A program made the translations under genes and the position numbers. From the NCBI GenBank assembly GCA_005239935.1, contig SBAZ01000152.1:1-36799 (forward strand): a stretch of 36,799 nucleotides of DNA. The letters run 5' to 3'. Positions within the stretch are counted from its first letter, which is position 1. The number at the start of each line of letters is the position of its first letter. This document shows, piece after piece, positions 17,832 to 26,881 of this stretch. The stretch is from Planctomycetales bacterium (GTDB taxonomy: Bacteria > Omnitrophota > Gorgyraeia > Aquiviventales > Aquiviventaceae). Below the pieces are notes generated by a model that saw only the letters and a program-made list of their open reading frames with translations, was not told the DNA's origin and made no database searches.

Positions 17832-18110
17832 TCAGTTCCCACCGGCAATGGCCGGAATGATGGACACTTCGTCGCCGTCCTTGATCGCCGTCTGGTCGCC
17901 CTGGAGGAACCGGATGTCCTCCTCGTTCACAAACACGTTCACGAACCGGCGCAGCTGCCCCTGCTGGTCGCAGATGCGCTCCTTGACGCCGGGGTGGCGC
18001 CGTTCCAGATCTCCGAGCACTTCACTGACCGTCTTGCCCTCGCACGCGACCTCGGCCCGCCCCTCCGTCAACTTCTGGAGCGGGGTCGGAATCCGCACGG
18101 TGACCGCCAT
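17832..18110 (-). CDS. MoaD/CysO-type ubiquitin-like sulfur carrier ending GG-N
   Basis: VRIPTPL, LRRFVNVFVNEEDIRF and IIPAIAGGN*. Confidence 0.93.
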   Translation of the reverse strand: MAVTVRIPTPLQKLTEGRAEVACEGKTVSEVLGDLERRHPGVKERICDQQGQLRRFVNVFVNEEDIRFLQGDQTAIKDGDEVSIIPAIAGGN

Positions 18111-18127
18111 AGGACCTCCTTTACGAC

Positions 18128-18239
18128 GGGGACAGGCCCCCTGCGGGGCCCAGTCCCCTTCACGGCCAACAACCTCGGCCCGGGGTCAGGCTCCGCGCGT
18201 AAGCTTCCACCGCGTCGCGCGCGGACCCAGACCCCTTCA
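18128..18239. repeat. Pair of REP-like hairpins with GGGGWCAGGC...CCCAGWCCCC-TTCA ends
   Basis: Hairpins at 18128-18158 and 18182-18235, each followed by TTCA. Confidence 0.6.
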
Positions 18240-18254
18240 AGGCCAGGTACTTGA

Positions 18255-19511
18255 CTAGCGCCGACGCGTCGGTTCCCCGGCCAACTGCGCCGCCAGCTCG
18301 CCTTCGAAGGCCGCCAGCGTCGGCTTGATGCGCACCGCCGTTCCGAGGCGGTTGGCCAGAGGTTCCTGCGTCTTGAGCCCGTGACCGGTGATGCACACGA
18401 CGATCGATTCGTCCCGCGGGATGCGTCCCTGTTCGATCAATTTCTTCGCCGCCGCCAGCGTGACCCCGCCGGCGGTCTCGGTGAACACGCCCTCGGTTTC
18501 CGCGAGCAATTTCATCGCCTCGATGATCTCGCCGTCGGTGGCGGCCTCAGCCCAGCCGCCCGAGCCCAGGGCGGCCCGGGTGGCGTAGTAGCCGTCGGCC
18601 GGATTGCCGATGGCCAGGGACTTGGCAAGCGTATTGGGCTTGACCGGCTTCACGATCTCGGAGCGCGCCTGGATCGCAGTGACGATCGGCGCGCACCCGG
18701 CCGCCTGGGCGCAGTAGAGCTTCGTAGAGGCCTCGGGGATGAGCCCGAGCCGCTGTAGTTCCTTGAAGGCCTTGCCGATCTTCGTAATCAGCGAGCCGCC
18801 GGCCGACGGGATCACGACGTGGGCCGGCGCGCGCCAGCCTAATTGTTCCGCGATCTCGAAGCCGTAGGTCTTCGACCCCTCCGCGTAGTAGGGCCGGATG
18901 TTGATGTTCACGAATGCCCACGGGTACTTCGCGCCGATCTCGGCGCAGAGGCGGTTGACCTCGTCGTAGGTCCCCTCGACCGCGACCAGGGTCGGCGAGT
19001 AGACCAGCGAGGCGACCACTTTGCCGGCTTCAAGGTCGGCCGGGATGAAGATGTAGCGCTTGAGTCCGGCCCGCGCACTCAGCGCGGCGACGGCGTTGGC
19101 CAGGTTGCCGGTCGAGGCGCAGGCGACGGTGTCGAACCCAAGCTCCTTGGCCCGCGTGAGCGCAATGGACACCACGCGGTCCTTGAACGACAGCGTCGGG
19201 TGCGAGACCGAATCGTCCTTGATGTAGAGTTCCTCGACCCCCAAGGTGTCGGCCAGGCGCTCGGCACGGAAGAGCGGTGTAAAACCGGCATGGAGCCCGA
19301 CGGTCGGCTCGCCGTCGATCGGGAGGAGTTCCCGATACCGCCACAGGGTCTTGGGGCGTGCGGCGATGGCTTCGCGCGTCAGGGTGCGCCGGATCGCGTC
19401 GTAGTCATAGTCCACTTCGACGCTGCCGAAGCAGTACTCGCAGACAAAAATGACCTCTTTGGGGTAGAGGCGGCCGCACTCGCGGCACTTGAGCCCGATC
19501 ATCGTGCTCAT
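18255..19511 (-). CDS. thrC: Threonine synthase-like PLP enzyme with an N-terminal Zn ribbon
   Basis: CRECG/CEYC, HPTLSFKDR (PLP Lys), CASTGN, EGSKT and ITGHGLKT. The true substrate is uncertain given the sulfur-operon context. Confidence 0.85.
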   Translation of the reverse strand: MSTMIGLKCRECGRLYPKEVIFVCEYCFGSVEVDYDYDAIRRTLTREAIAARPKTLWRYRELLPIDGEPTVGLHAGFTPLFRAERLADTLGVEELYIKDDSVSHPTLSFKDRVVSIALTRAKELGFDTVACASTGNLANAVAALSARAGLKRYIFIPADLEAGKVVASLVYSPTLVAVEGTYDEVNRLCAEIGAKYPWAFVNINIRPYYAEGSKTYGFEIAEQLGWRAPAHVVIPSAGGSLITKIGKAFKELQRLGLIPEASTKLYCAQAAGCAPIVTAIQARSEIVKPVKPNTLAKSLAIGNPADGYYATRAALGSGGWAEAATDGEIIEAMKLLAETEGVFTETAGGVTLAAAKKLIEQGRIPRDESIVVCITGHGLKTQEPLANRLGTAVRIKPTLAAFEGELAAQLAGEPTRRR

Positions 19512-19780
19512 GGGGTCAGGAGGGCCCGCTTGCGGATGAGCAGCCGCACGCCCTGCTTGAGGGACTCGCTCGCCACGATCTCATGACCATCTGCGCGCAG
19601 GCCGAAGGGGATGCTGTTGAGCGCGTCGCCCTCATCCACGTGCAGTTCCAGAATCCGACCCTCCGCCATGTCAGTCAGGCGTTGGCGGGCGGTCCGGAAG
19701 GCCGCGGCGCGCTCCATGCCGCGGACGTCCAGCGACTGGTCGACCTGCAGTTTCTGCGCAGCCAAGTGGTCCGGGATCAT
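19508..19780 (-). CDS. TusA/SirA-like protein lacking cysteine
   Basis: LDVRGM...[17 protein letters not shown]...GHEI...LLIRK TusA fold pattern; ATGA overlaps on both sides. Confidence 0.75.
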   Translation of the reverse strand: MIPDHLAAQKLQVDQSLDVRGMERAAAFRTARQRLTDMAEGRILELHVDEGDALNSIPFGLRADGHEIVASESLKQGVRLLIRKRALLTP

Positions 19781-20718
19781 CCCTCGAAATAGGGTTGAAT
19801 GCTCAAGTACCGCTCGCCGGTATCCGGCAGCACCGTCAGGACGGTCTTGCCCGCCCCGAGCGCGCGCGCCACTTTGAGTGCGGCCCAGCATGCGGCACCC
19901 GAGGAAATACCGACAAACACGCCTTCTTCTTTGGCGAGGCGCGTGGCCGTGGTGTGGGCGTCCTCCTCAGCCACCGGTATGATCTCATCAATGACCTCGC
20001 GGTTCAACACCTGGGGTACGAAGCCGGCCCCGATGCCCTGGATCATGTGCGGCCCGGGCTGGCCGCCGGAGAGCACGGCGGAGTTCTTCGGCTCCACCGC
20101 GACGACCTTGATGTGCGGGTTCCGCTTCTTGAGGACTTCGCCCACACCGGTGATCGTCCCCCCCGTCCCCACACCGGCCACGAACGCATCGAGGTCCCCC
20201 TCGGTGGCCCGGAGGATCTCCTGGGCGGTGGTGCGGCGGTGGACATCTGGGTTGGCCGGGTTGGTAAACTGCTGGGGCATGAAGGCGTTGGGGGTCTGCC
20301 GCGCCATCGCGTCGGCCCGCTTCACGGCCCCGACCATCCCCTCCTTCGCCGGCGTCAGCACCACCTGCGCGCCGTAGCCCTTAAGGATCTGGATCCGCTC
20401 GGCGCTCATCGTCTCCGGCATCGTCAGAATGAGCCGATACCCCTTCACCACGCACACCATGGCCAGCCCAATACCGGTGTTGCCGCTGGTCGGCTCGATG
20501 ACGGTGGCCCCGGGCTTGAGCAGTCCCCGCGTCTCCGCGTCCTCGATCATGGCCAGGCAGATGCGATCCTTGACGCTGCCGCCGGGGTTGAACGACTCGA
20601 GCTTCGCGAGGACGGTCGCCGCCCGCGCGTCAGGCAGGCGTCGCAGCCGGACGATCGGTGTTGAGCCGATGAGGTCCAGCACGTGGTCCGCGATGCGGGT
20701 CCGGGTCAGGTGCGCCAT
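19777..20718 (-). CDS. cysK: Cysteine synthase A
   Basis: [36 protein letters not shown] and PDTGERYLS. Confidence 0.97.
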   Translation of the reverse strand: MAHLTRTRIADHVLDLIGSTPIVRLRRLPDARAATVLAKLESFNPGGSVKDRICLAMIEDAETRGLLKPGATVIEPTSGNTGIGLAMVCVVKGYRLILTMPETMSAERIQILKGYGAQVVLTPAKEGMVGAVKRADAMARQTPNAFMPQQFTNPANPDVHRRTTAQEILRATEGDLDAFVAGVGTGGTITGVGEVLKKRNPHIKVVAVEPKNSAVLSGGQPGPHMIQGIGAGFVPQVLNREVIDEIIPVAEEDAHTTATRLAKEEGVFVGISSGAACWAALKVARALGAGKTVLTVLPDTGERYLSIQPYFEG

Positions 20719-20722
20719 GGGG

Positions 20723-20932
20723 TCAGCGCTCGCGCCTCAGGTCCAGGGTGGCGGAGGTCTCGGCTTCGAGCGCGTAGCCGCGCTCGCGCGCCCAAGCGGT
20801 TAGATCCCGCCGCACGTCCTCGGCGTTGTAGCAAATTCGCAGGGCCTGTCCAGCCGCGAGACGGGCGGCGGCGCGGGCGACCAGTGCGAGGGCCTGCGCG
20901 CAGACCATGTCTCGGACATCCACCGTCGACAC
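20723..20932 (-). CDS. TusA-like sulfur carrier (can also be read from ATG 21094 as an E4 fusion)
   Basis: [12 protein letters not shown]...LAAGQALRI...[11 protein letters not shown]; GTG start directly after the element end. Confidence 0.75.
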   Translation of the reverse strand: MSTVDVRDMVCAQALALVARAAARLAAGQALRICYNAEDVRRDLTAWARERGYALEAETSATLDLRRER

Positions 20933-21094
20933 CCCACCACCTGCTGGTGCCACGCCGCAGGCGTGGCGGGGCCGGGCGCATCCCGGCTGGCTCGGCATGT
21001 GCCGGCCCGGGTGACCCCCGGGTCGGCCGTGCGGTTCGCCACGTGGGGTGTGCGTGTCATGAGTGGGTCGCCCTCCAGCAGGTGGTGGGGTCAT
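20929..21094 (-). mobile_element. Palindromic element E4 (JAMM gene|tusA-like), ORF fused in frame to the downstream gene
   Basis: ATGA-CCCCACCACCTGCTGG...CCAGCAGGTGGTGGG-GTGT; the interior aligns with E5. Confidence 0.75.
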
Positions 21095-21555
21095 GCCCTG
21101 CCACCGGCCGACCGACCCGGCGCGACATCTTCCAGCGTCCAGGGCTCCTCGGTGACCGTGGCCCCGTCAATGTGCCAGGTCCGCAGTTCGGGCGTGAGCG
21201 CCTGCCGCAGCGACACAACGACGTACGCCACCTCCGGCGAAATCGCCAGGGTCACGTCCACGGACGAGGGCCGAGCCTCGGTGGCCGTGTGCGAGTGGTA
21301 GATGCCCACGAGGATCTGATCCCGCTGGCGCATCTGCTTCTCGACCATGAGCTGCTCTTTGGGATCCATGGAATAGCCGATCGGGCTGTCGTCCACGTTG
21401 CGCATGGGGTAGACGGCCATGACCGCCCGCTGGCGTCCTGTCGGCGCGACCCGCATGCCGGCCAAGAGACCGCACGCCTCCTTGGGATACGCGCTGCGGC
21501 AGTGCGCGATGATCTGGTCGTAGGCCACGCGCGGAAGCACCAGCGGACTGTCCAT
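21091..21555 (-). CDS. M67/JAMM (Mec-like) metallopeptidase
   Basis: PKEACGLL...YHSHT..ARPSSVD JAMM motif. Confidence 0.92.
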   Translation of the reverse strand: MDSPLVLPRVAYDQIIAHCRSAYPKEACGLLAGMRVAPTGRQRAVMAVYPMRNVDDSPIGYSMDPKEQLMVEKQMRQRDQILVGIYHSHTATEARPSSVDVTLAISPEVAYVVVSLRQALTPELRTWHIDGATVTEEPWTLEDVAPGRSAGGRA

Positions 21556-22355
21556 CAGCCGACCAGTCCCCAGCGCACTTGCACTTCATACTCCAGCCGC
21601 TTGAAGATCAATCCGTCCACGACAATGCCCACCGCGGCGATCAGCAACATGAGGGCGAGGAGCTGATCCAGTTGCTGCGCTTTCGCCACCTGGCTCAGCC
21701 GCTGCCCCAGGCCGCTCACCGAGGTCAATAACTCGCCGGCCATCAACGCGCGCCACCCAAAAGCCCACGCCAACCGCAATCCGCCCACAATCTTGGGAAC
21801 CGCTGCGGGCACCACGACGAACCAGAAATACCTCGGCCCGCGGGCCCCCATGGTGCGGGCGGCGTGACGGATGATGGGCGGCACCTGGCGAATCCCGGTA
21901 TCGGTCTCCACGATCACGATCCCCGCGGCCCCCAACAGCACGGTGAACACCACCGCCTGCTCGGTCATGCCGAACCACAGGATCGCCAGCGGGACCCACG
22001 CCGCCCCAGGGATGCCGTGCATCGCCACCGCGAGAGAGCCCAGGAGCTGGTCAACCAGCGGCAGCCGGCCCAGCATGATGCCACCCCCGACGCCGAGCAC
22101 CACGACCAGGCTGTACCCGACTGCCATCCGTCGAGCGCTCCCGGCGAGGGCCTGCAGGAACTCCGGATCCCGGAAATCGCGCGACCAGACCGGCGCAATC
22201 TCCGAGAACAAGGACGGCCACGCGGGTGAGCAGAACGCGCCCACCTCCCACACCACGATAAACAGGGCGAACGCCTGCCAGGTGAGAAACGAATACCCCC
22301 TCGGGAAGATGGTGCGAACCAGCCGACGCAGCATGCCGAGAGGCCTCGCGGCCAT
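21555..22355 (-). CDS. NitT/TauT/SsuC-type ABC permease
   Basis: IPGAAWVPLAILWFG, AARTMGA and LRLAWAFGWRALMAGELL. Confidence 0.92.
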   Translation of the reverse strand: MAARPLGMLRRLVRTIFPRGYSFLTWQAFALFIVVWEVGAFCSPAWPSLFSEIAPVWSRDFRDPEFLQALAGSARRMAVGYSLVVVLGVGGGIMLGRLPLVDQLLGSLAVAMHGIPGAAWVPLAILWFGMTEQAVVFTVLLGAAGIVIVETDTGIRQVPPIIRHAARTMGARGPRYFWFVVVPAAVPKIVGGLRLAWAFGWRALMAGELLTSVSGLGQRLSQVAKAQQLDQLLALMLLIAAVGIVVDGLIFKRLEYEVQVRWGLVG

Positions 22356-23195
22356 TTAGATGTGCATGCCCGTGGCCTGGTCGGGAGGCAGGCTGTGCTG
22401 CGCCTCGGGGAAGTGGACCGTCTCTCCGAGCTCTTCCCGGAAGACCTTCTCGACTTCTTCGCCGAGGATGCCGAGAATCGCGTGCTGGTGGGCTTGCAGC
22501 GCGTGGTCCTCGGCGTGCCGTGGGCGCGGCACGGTGATCGCTTGGACGTCGCGGATGCGGCCCGGGCGCGAGGAGATCACATACACGCGGTCCGCCAATC
22601 CCGTGGCCTCGCGTACATTGTGCGTGACAAACAGGATCGTCGGGCGGGCCAGTTCCCAGATTTCCAGCAGTTCGTTCTGCAGCACCGCGCGCGTTTGGGC
22701 ATCCAGTGCCGCGAAGGGCTCGTCCAGCAACAGGATGGACGGCTGCAGCACCAGAGCGCGCGCGATCGCAACGCGCTGCTTCATGCCGCCCGAGAGTTGA
22801 TGCGGGTACGCGTGACTGAACTTCGACAGATGCACCAATTTGATGTACTCGAGTGCCCTCGCACGCCGCGTGATGGCCGGTATGCCGGCCATGCGCAGAC
22901 CGAATTCCACATTGCCGAGGACATTGAGCCAGGGAAACAGGGCCGCGTCTTGGAACACCACGATGCGGCTGGGGTCCGGGCCGTGCACCGGACGGCCTTC
23001 GACCGCCACCTCCCCGCGGTCCGGGCGGTCCAGACCAGCAATCAGGTTGATGATGGTGCTCTTGCCGCACCCGGACGGGCCGAGGAGGCACACGAACTCC
23101 CCCTCGCGGACCGTGAGGTTGATATCGTTCAGCACCTCCACGCGTCCGCCATTCTGTGGGAAGGATTTGAAGACGTGCTTCAGCTCGACGTGCAT
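22356..23195 (-). CDS. NitT/TauT/SsuB-type ABC ATPase
   Basis: GPSGCGKST, LSGGMKQR, LLLDEPF and FVTHN. Confidence 0.95.
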   Translation of the reverse strand: MHVELKHVFKSFPQNGGRVEVLNDINLTVREGEFVCLLGPSGCGKSTIINLIAGLDRPDRGEVAVEGRPVHGPDPSRIVVFQDAALFPWLNVLGNVEFGLRMAGIPAITRRARALEYIKLVHLSKFSHAYPHQLSGGMKQRVAIARALVLQPSILLLDEPFAALDAQTRAVLQNELLEIWELARPTILFVTHNVREATGLADRVYVISSRPGRIRDVQAITVPRPRHAEDHALQAHQHAILGILGEEVEKVFREELGETVHFPEAQHSLPPDQATGMHI

Positions 23196-23261
23196 GGGTG
23201 CGCCGGGACATGTCCGCCCGCTCGAGTCACGCAACGGCGGTCGGGAAACGTCCCGCTGCTC

Positions 23262-24413
23262 CTAGACTTGTGCGGGCTTCCGCATGGCCTCAATGAGGAC
23301 CGCGGCGACCTCGGGTCGCGAGACCTCTGGGGGAGGCGGCGTGCCGGCCTGCAGCAGTTCTCGGACCCTGGTCCCGCTCAGACTCACGTGTTTGTCGGCC
23401 GGATGGGGGCAGGTCTTCGCCGTCACCATCCCGCCGCACACGGTGCAGAACGCGGCATTCTCGAACCGCAGCGGCGTGATGCCGAGCTCTGCCGGGTCGA
23501 AGTCGTCGAAGATGCGCTGCGCATCGTACGTGCCATAGAACTTGCCCACGCCGGCATGGTCGCGGCCGACAATGAAGTGGGTGCACCCGTAATTCTTGCG
23601 GATGAGCGCATGGAACACCGCCTCGCGCGGGCCGCCGTAGCGCATGGAGGCCGGGTTGACCGCCAGCACCACGCGGTCCTTCGGGAAGTAGTGCGCCAGG
23701 AGCGCCTCATAGCTTCTCATGCGCACCGCCGCCGGCACATCATCCCCCTTGGTTTCCCCGATGATGGGATGCAGCAGCATGCCGTCGCAGAGTTCGAGGG
23801 CGCACTTCTGCAGGTACTCATGGGCCCGGTGGATCGGGTTGCGCGTCTGGAACGCCACCACCCGCCGCCAGCCGCGTTCCTCGAAGAGGCGCCGGGTATC
23901 CTTCGGATCCAGGCGGTACGGGAGGAATGTGGCGGGCGTTGGGCGGCTGATCACGCTGATCCGGCCCCCGACAGAGACCTCGCCGGTGGCCTGCAGGCGC
24001 TGGACGGCCGGGTGGCTCGAGTCAGTCGTGCCGAAGACCTGCTGGGCCTCAGCGGTCTTGTCCGGCGTGTACGTCTCAGACACGTGGAGTATTGCGACCA
24101 CGGCGCCGTTTGCCCGCAGCGCCACGTCGCCTTGCAGGGCGGCGGCCTGCGTCTTCGAGACGGCCAGTGTGACGGGAATGGTCCACACGAGCCCGCTGGC
24201 AAGGCGGCGTTCGCCCACGACGCGCTCATAGTCCGCCCGGCCCATAAATCCCTCGAGTGGACTGAAGCCGCCGATGGCGATCATCTCGACATCCGACAGC
24301 CCCCAGGCGTCCAGTTCTATGGCCGGCAGCGACTCCGCCCTGGCCGCGAGGGTGTCTCGTTCGCGTCCCTCGAGGATTCGATTCACCAGCGTCCCGCCGT
24401 GCGGTGCGATCAT
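23262..24413 (-). CDS. sat: Sulfate adenylyltransferase
   Basis: [33 protein letters not shown] and LSGTRVRE. Confidence 0.97.
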   Translation of the reverse strand: MIAPHGGTLVNRILEGRERDTLAARAESLPAIELDAWGLSDVEMIAIGGFSPLEGFMGRADYERVVGERRLASGLVWTIPVTLAVSKTQAAALQGDVALRANGAVVAILHVSETYTPDKTAEAQQVFGTTDSSHPAVQRLQATGEVSVGGRISVISRPTPATFLPYRLDPKDTRRLFEERGWRRVVAFQTRNPIHRAHEYLQKCALELCDGMLLHPIIGETKGDDVPAAVRMRSYEALLAHYFPKDRVVLAVNPASMRYGGPREAVFHALIRKNYGCTHFIVGRDHAGVGKFYGTYDAQRIFDDFDPAELGITPLRFENAAFCTVCGGMVTAKTCPHPADKHVSLSGTRVRELLQAGTPPPPEVSRPEVAAVLIEAMRKPAQV

Positions 24414-24450
24414 GCGTCCGACCCCTCTCGCGTCACGTGCCCGTGTGCAC

Positions 24451-24478
24451 AAAACGCCCCGCCGAGCGGCGGGGCGTT
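24451..24478 (-). terminator. Terminator-like hairpin upstream of sat
   Basis: AACGCCCCGCCG-CT-CGGCGGGGCGTT followed by TT on the minus strand. Confidence 0.5.
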
Positions 24479-24481
24479 GCA

Positions 24482-24553
24482 AGTCTCACATATATGACTA
24501 GTGTTGTCAATATCTAAAACGAAACAGCCACATATATCCTACTTATTGACTCT
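24482..24553 (-). promoter_or_regulatory. sat operon promoter with overlapping Rrf2 (IscR/CymR)-like operator candidates
   Basis: TTGACA (24510-24505)-N17-GAGACT (24487-24482). An imperfect palindrome ATATGAC-N7-GTCAATAT covers the -35, and CACATATAT is repeated 42 bp apart. Confidence 0.6.
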
Positions 24554-25931
24554 GACTACTAGAGCCCGCCGGCTCGCCGAGCCGGCCCAGCGACTTGAGC
24601 CAGGCCTTGATGAGCTTCTCCTGCCCCAGGTCGGTCGGCCGGTAGTACACGGTGGACGTCGGGATATAGGCCTGTTCGACGTGGTGCCTGGCGTAGTGGT
24701 GCGCATACTTGTACCCCACGCCCCGGCCCAGCTGCTTGGCGCTTCGGTAACTGGCATCCTTGAGATCTGAGGGGACCTCGAGCGTGCGGCCGGCTTGCAC
24801 ATCGGCGGTCGCCGCCTCCAAGCCCAGGTACGCCGCGTTGGATTTGGGCGCACTGGCCACATAGACCGTAGCCTCGGCCAGCGGGATGCGTCCCTCCGGC
24901 AACCCCACGTATTCGAGGGCGTGCATCGCCGCCGTCGCCACCACGAGTGCTTGCGGATCGGCCATCCCCACGTCCTCGGCCGCGCAGATGACGATCCGGC
25001 GCGCGATGAAGCGCGGATCCTCGCCGGCGTAGAGCATCTTCGCCAGCCAATAGAGTGCCGCGTGCGGATCCGAGCCGCGCATGGACTTGATGAAGGCGCT
25101 GATCGTGTCGTAGTGCGCGTCCCCGGCCTGGTCGTACACGACGGCCTTCTTCTGGATGGACGACTCGACCGCCGCCAGCGTCACCCGCACCACCCCGTCA
25201 GGACCCTTGGCTGTCGTGAGGGCCGCCACCTCCAGCGCGTTCAAGGCCCGTCGTGCGTCGCCGTCGCACACACGGGCCACATGGGCCAGTGCGTCCTCAT
25301 CGACATGTGCGCGCTGCTGCCCCAGGCCGCGCGCCGAGTCCGCCAGTGCCCGGCGCAGGAGGACGATGATGTCCGCCTCGCTGAGCGGCTTGAACTCGCA
25401 GACGATCGAGCGCGAGAGGAGTGCCGGGGCCAGCGCGAAGAAGGGATTGAACGTCGTCGCCCCGATGAGGATGGGGTTGCCCTGCTCGACGTCCGGCATG
25501 AGGACGTCCTGCTGAGCCTTGTTGAAGCGGTGGATCTCGTCGATGAAGAGCAGGGTGCGCTGTCCCTGCAGCCGGGCCCGCTCCGTGGCGCGCCGGAGTG
25601 TGTCGCGCACCTCCGCCACGCCGGCGGCCGTGGCGTTCAGCTGCTCAACGTGGGCGCGCGTGGCGGAGGCGATGAGGTGGGCGAGCGCGGTCTTTCCCGT
25701 CCCGGGTGGGCCGTACAGGATGACGGAGGTGATGCGGTCCGCCTCAATGGCGCGCCGCAGCAGCTGCCCCGGCCCGACGATATGCGCCTGGCCGGCGAAT
25801 TCATCCAGCGTGCGCGGCCGCATCCGGACCGCCAGGGGCTGGGGCACTGAGGCGGCTGGGGTCTCTGGCACCCCAAACAGGTCTGGGCCAGGTCGGGAGA
25901 CGGTACGAGGTACCGAACGGCGTGCGCCCAT
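24543..25931 (-). CDS. rarA: Replication-associated recombination protein A (RarA/MgsA)
   Basis: PLAVRMRP, GPPGTGKT, FIDEIHRFNKAQQD and HYDTISAFIKSMRGSD. Confidence 0.97.
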   Translation of the reverse strand: MGARRSVPRTVSRPGPDLFGVPETPAASVPQPLAVRMRPRTLDEFAGQAHIVGPGQLLRRAIEADRITSVILYGPPGTGKTALAHLIASATRAHVEQLNATAAGVAEVRDTLRRATERARLQGQRTLLFIDEIHRFNKAQQDVLMPDVEQGNPILIGATTFNPFFALAPALLSRSIVCEFKPLSEADIIVLLRRALADSARGLGQQRAHVDEDALAHVARVCDGDARRALNALEVAALTTAKGPDGVVRVTLAAVESSIQKKAVVYDQAGDAHYDTISAFIKSMRGSDPHAALYWLAKMLYAGEDPRFIARRIVICAAEDVGMADPQALVVATAAMHALEYVGLPEGRIPLAEATVYVASAPKSNAAYLGLEAATADVQAGRTLEVPSDLKDASYRSAKQLGRGVGYKYAHHYARHHVEQAYIPTSTVYYRPTDLGQEKLIKAWLKSLGRLGEPAGSSSQSQ

Positions 25932-25959
25932 GAGGGTCCTGGTGGCGGTGAGAGAGAAC

Positions 25960-26129
25960 GAGCCCCACGGCTGCCGTGGACTCGAAGAGGCGTGAACCCC
26001 AACCTCAAGGGGGTACTCGCTCCGGCGTGGGGCGCAATGCCCTGACAGGGGCCCACGCGTCGGAAGCCGAGTTCCCGTCTGACTCGTGTTGGCTCACGTC
26101 ATACGAACCACACGCACAGCGCAGGGCTC
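25960..26129 (-). ncRNA. ssrS: 6S RNA
   Basis: About 170 nt with complementary ends (GAGCCCT...GGGGCTC) and 6S-like internal motifs (TGAGCCAAC, ACGGGAAC, TACCCCCTTG..GGGGTTCA, ACGGCAG). It has its own promoter and lies upstream of rarA. Not confirmed by a covariance search. Confidence 0.8.
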
Positions 26130-26135
26130 AGCGTC

Positions 26136-26164
26136 AGACTAGCACCGGCCCGGTGGGTTGACAA
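26136..26164 (-). promoter_or_regulatory. Sigma70-type promoter of 6S RNA/rarA
   Basis: TTGTCA (26164-26159)-N17-TAGTCT (26141-26136) with a TG extension. Confidence 0.7.
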
Positions 26165-26170
26165 GCAAAT

Positions 26171-26881
26171 TCACCCCGGCGGCGGCTGGCCAATGTCGTG
26201 GATGCCGCATTCCGTCTTGTCCTGTCCGGCCCAACGCCCGGAGCGCGGGTCGTTCGGATCCACGGGGCGCTGGGTGCAGGGCCAGCACCCGATGGACGTG
26301 TAGCCCTGGGCCCACAGCGGATGATAGGGCAGATTGTGCTCGGCCATGTAGGCGTGCACCTGCTTCGCCGTCCACGTGGCCAGCGGGGCGACCTTCGTCA
26401 CGCCGGTCTCGAGGACCTGCACGACGGGGGTCGCCGCGCGCGTCGGCGCCTCGTCGCGGCGCAGACCCGTGATCCAGCACCGCACGCCCCGCAGGGCGCG
26501 TTCCATCGCCTCGACCTTGTACGGGCTGCAGCAAAAATCGGGATGGCCCGGCTGCTGCCCCTCGTGCTCCTTGAGGAACGCGGGCACATCGAGTCGGCTT
26601 TTGACGACCGTGAGGTGCAGCTGGAAGCGCTGGCGCAGGGCTTCCAAGAACTGGTAGGTTTCCGGGAACAGCAGCCCGGTATCCACGGTGCGGACGTTGA
26701 TCGCCGGATCGACCTGGAGCGCCAGATGGATCAGCGCGGCGCTGTCCGTGCCGAAGGAGGTGGTCAGCGTCACGTCCGGGCGGAAGGTCTCCACCGCCCA
26801 GCGGATGATGTCCGTCGGGTGCGCGGCCTCGAAGCGGGCGTTGAGCCGCGTTACCTCATCGGGCGTGGGTGCCGGGCTCAT
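26171..26881 (-). CDS. cysH: PAPS/APS reductase, Fe-S-motif type
   Basis: TSFG, DTGLLFPET, FCC, WITGLRR, GYTSIGCWPCT and RSGRW...KTECGIH. Confidence 0.95.
   Translation of the reverse strand: MSPAPTPDEVTRLNARFEAAHPTDIIRWAVETFRPDVTLTTSFGTDSAALIHLALQVDPAINVRTVDTGLLFPETYQFLEALRQRFQLHLTVVKSRLDVPAFLKEHEGQQPGHPDFCCSPYKVEAMERALRGVRCWITGLRRDEAPTRAATPVVQVLETGVTKVAPLATWTAKQVHAYMAEHNLPYHPLWAQGYTSIGCWPCTQRPVDPNDPRSGRWAGQDKTECGIHDIGQPPPG

Noticed and set aside
19772-19785. GGG-ATGA-TCCC at the cysK/tusA-like junction, resembling joined element ends
   Set aside because: Only 3-4 matching bases per side, compatible with chance.
25858-25915. Short palindromes in the rarA 5' region (GGGGTCTCTGGCACCCC, CGGTACGAGGTACCG)
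   Set aside because: Short, single-copy here and within a poorly conserved N-terminus; too weak to call.
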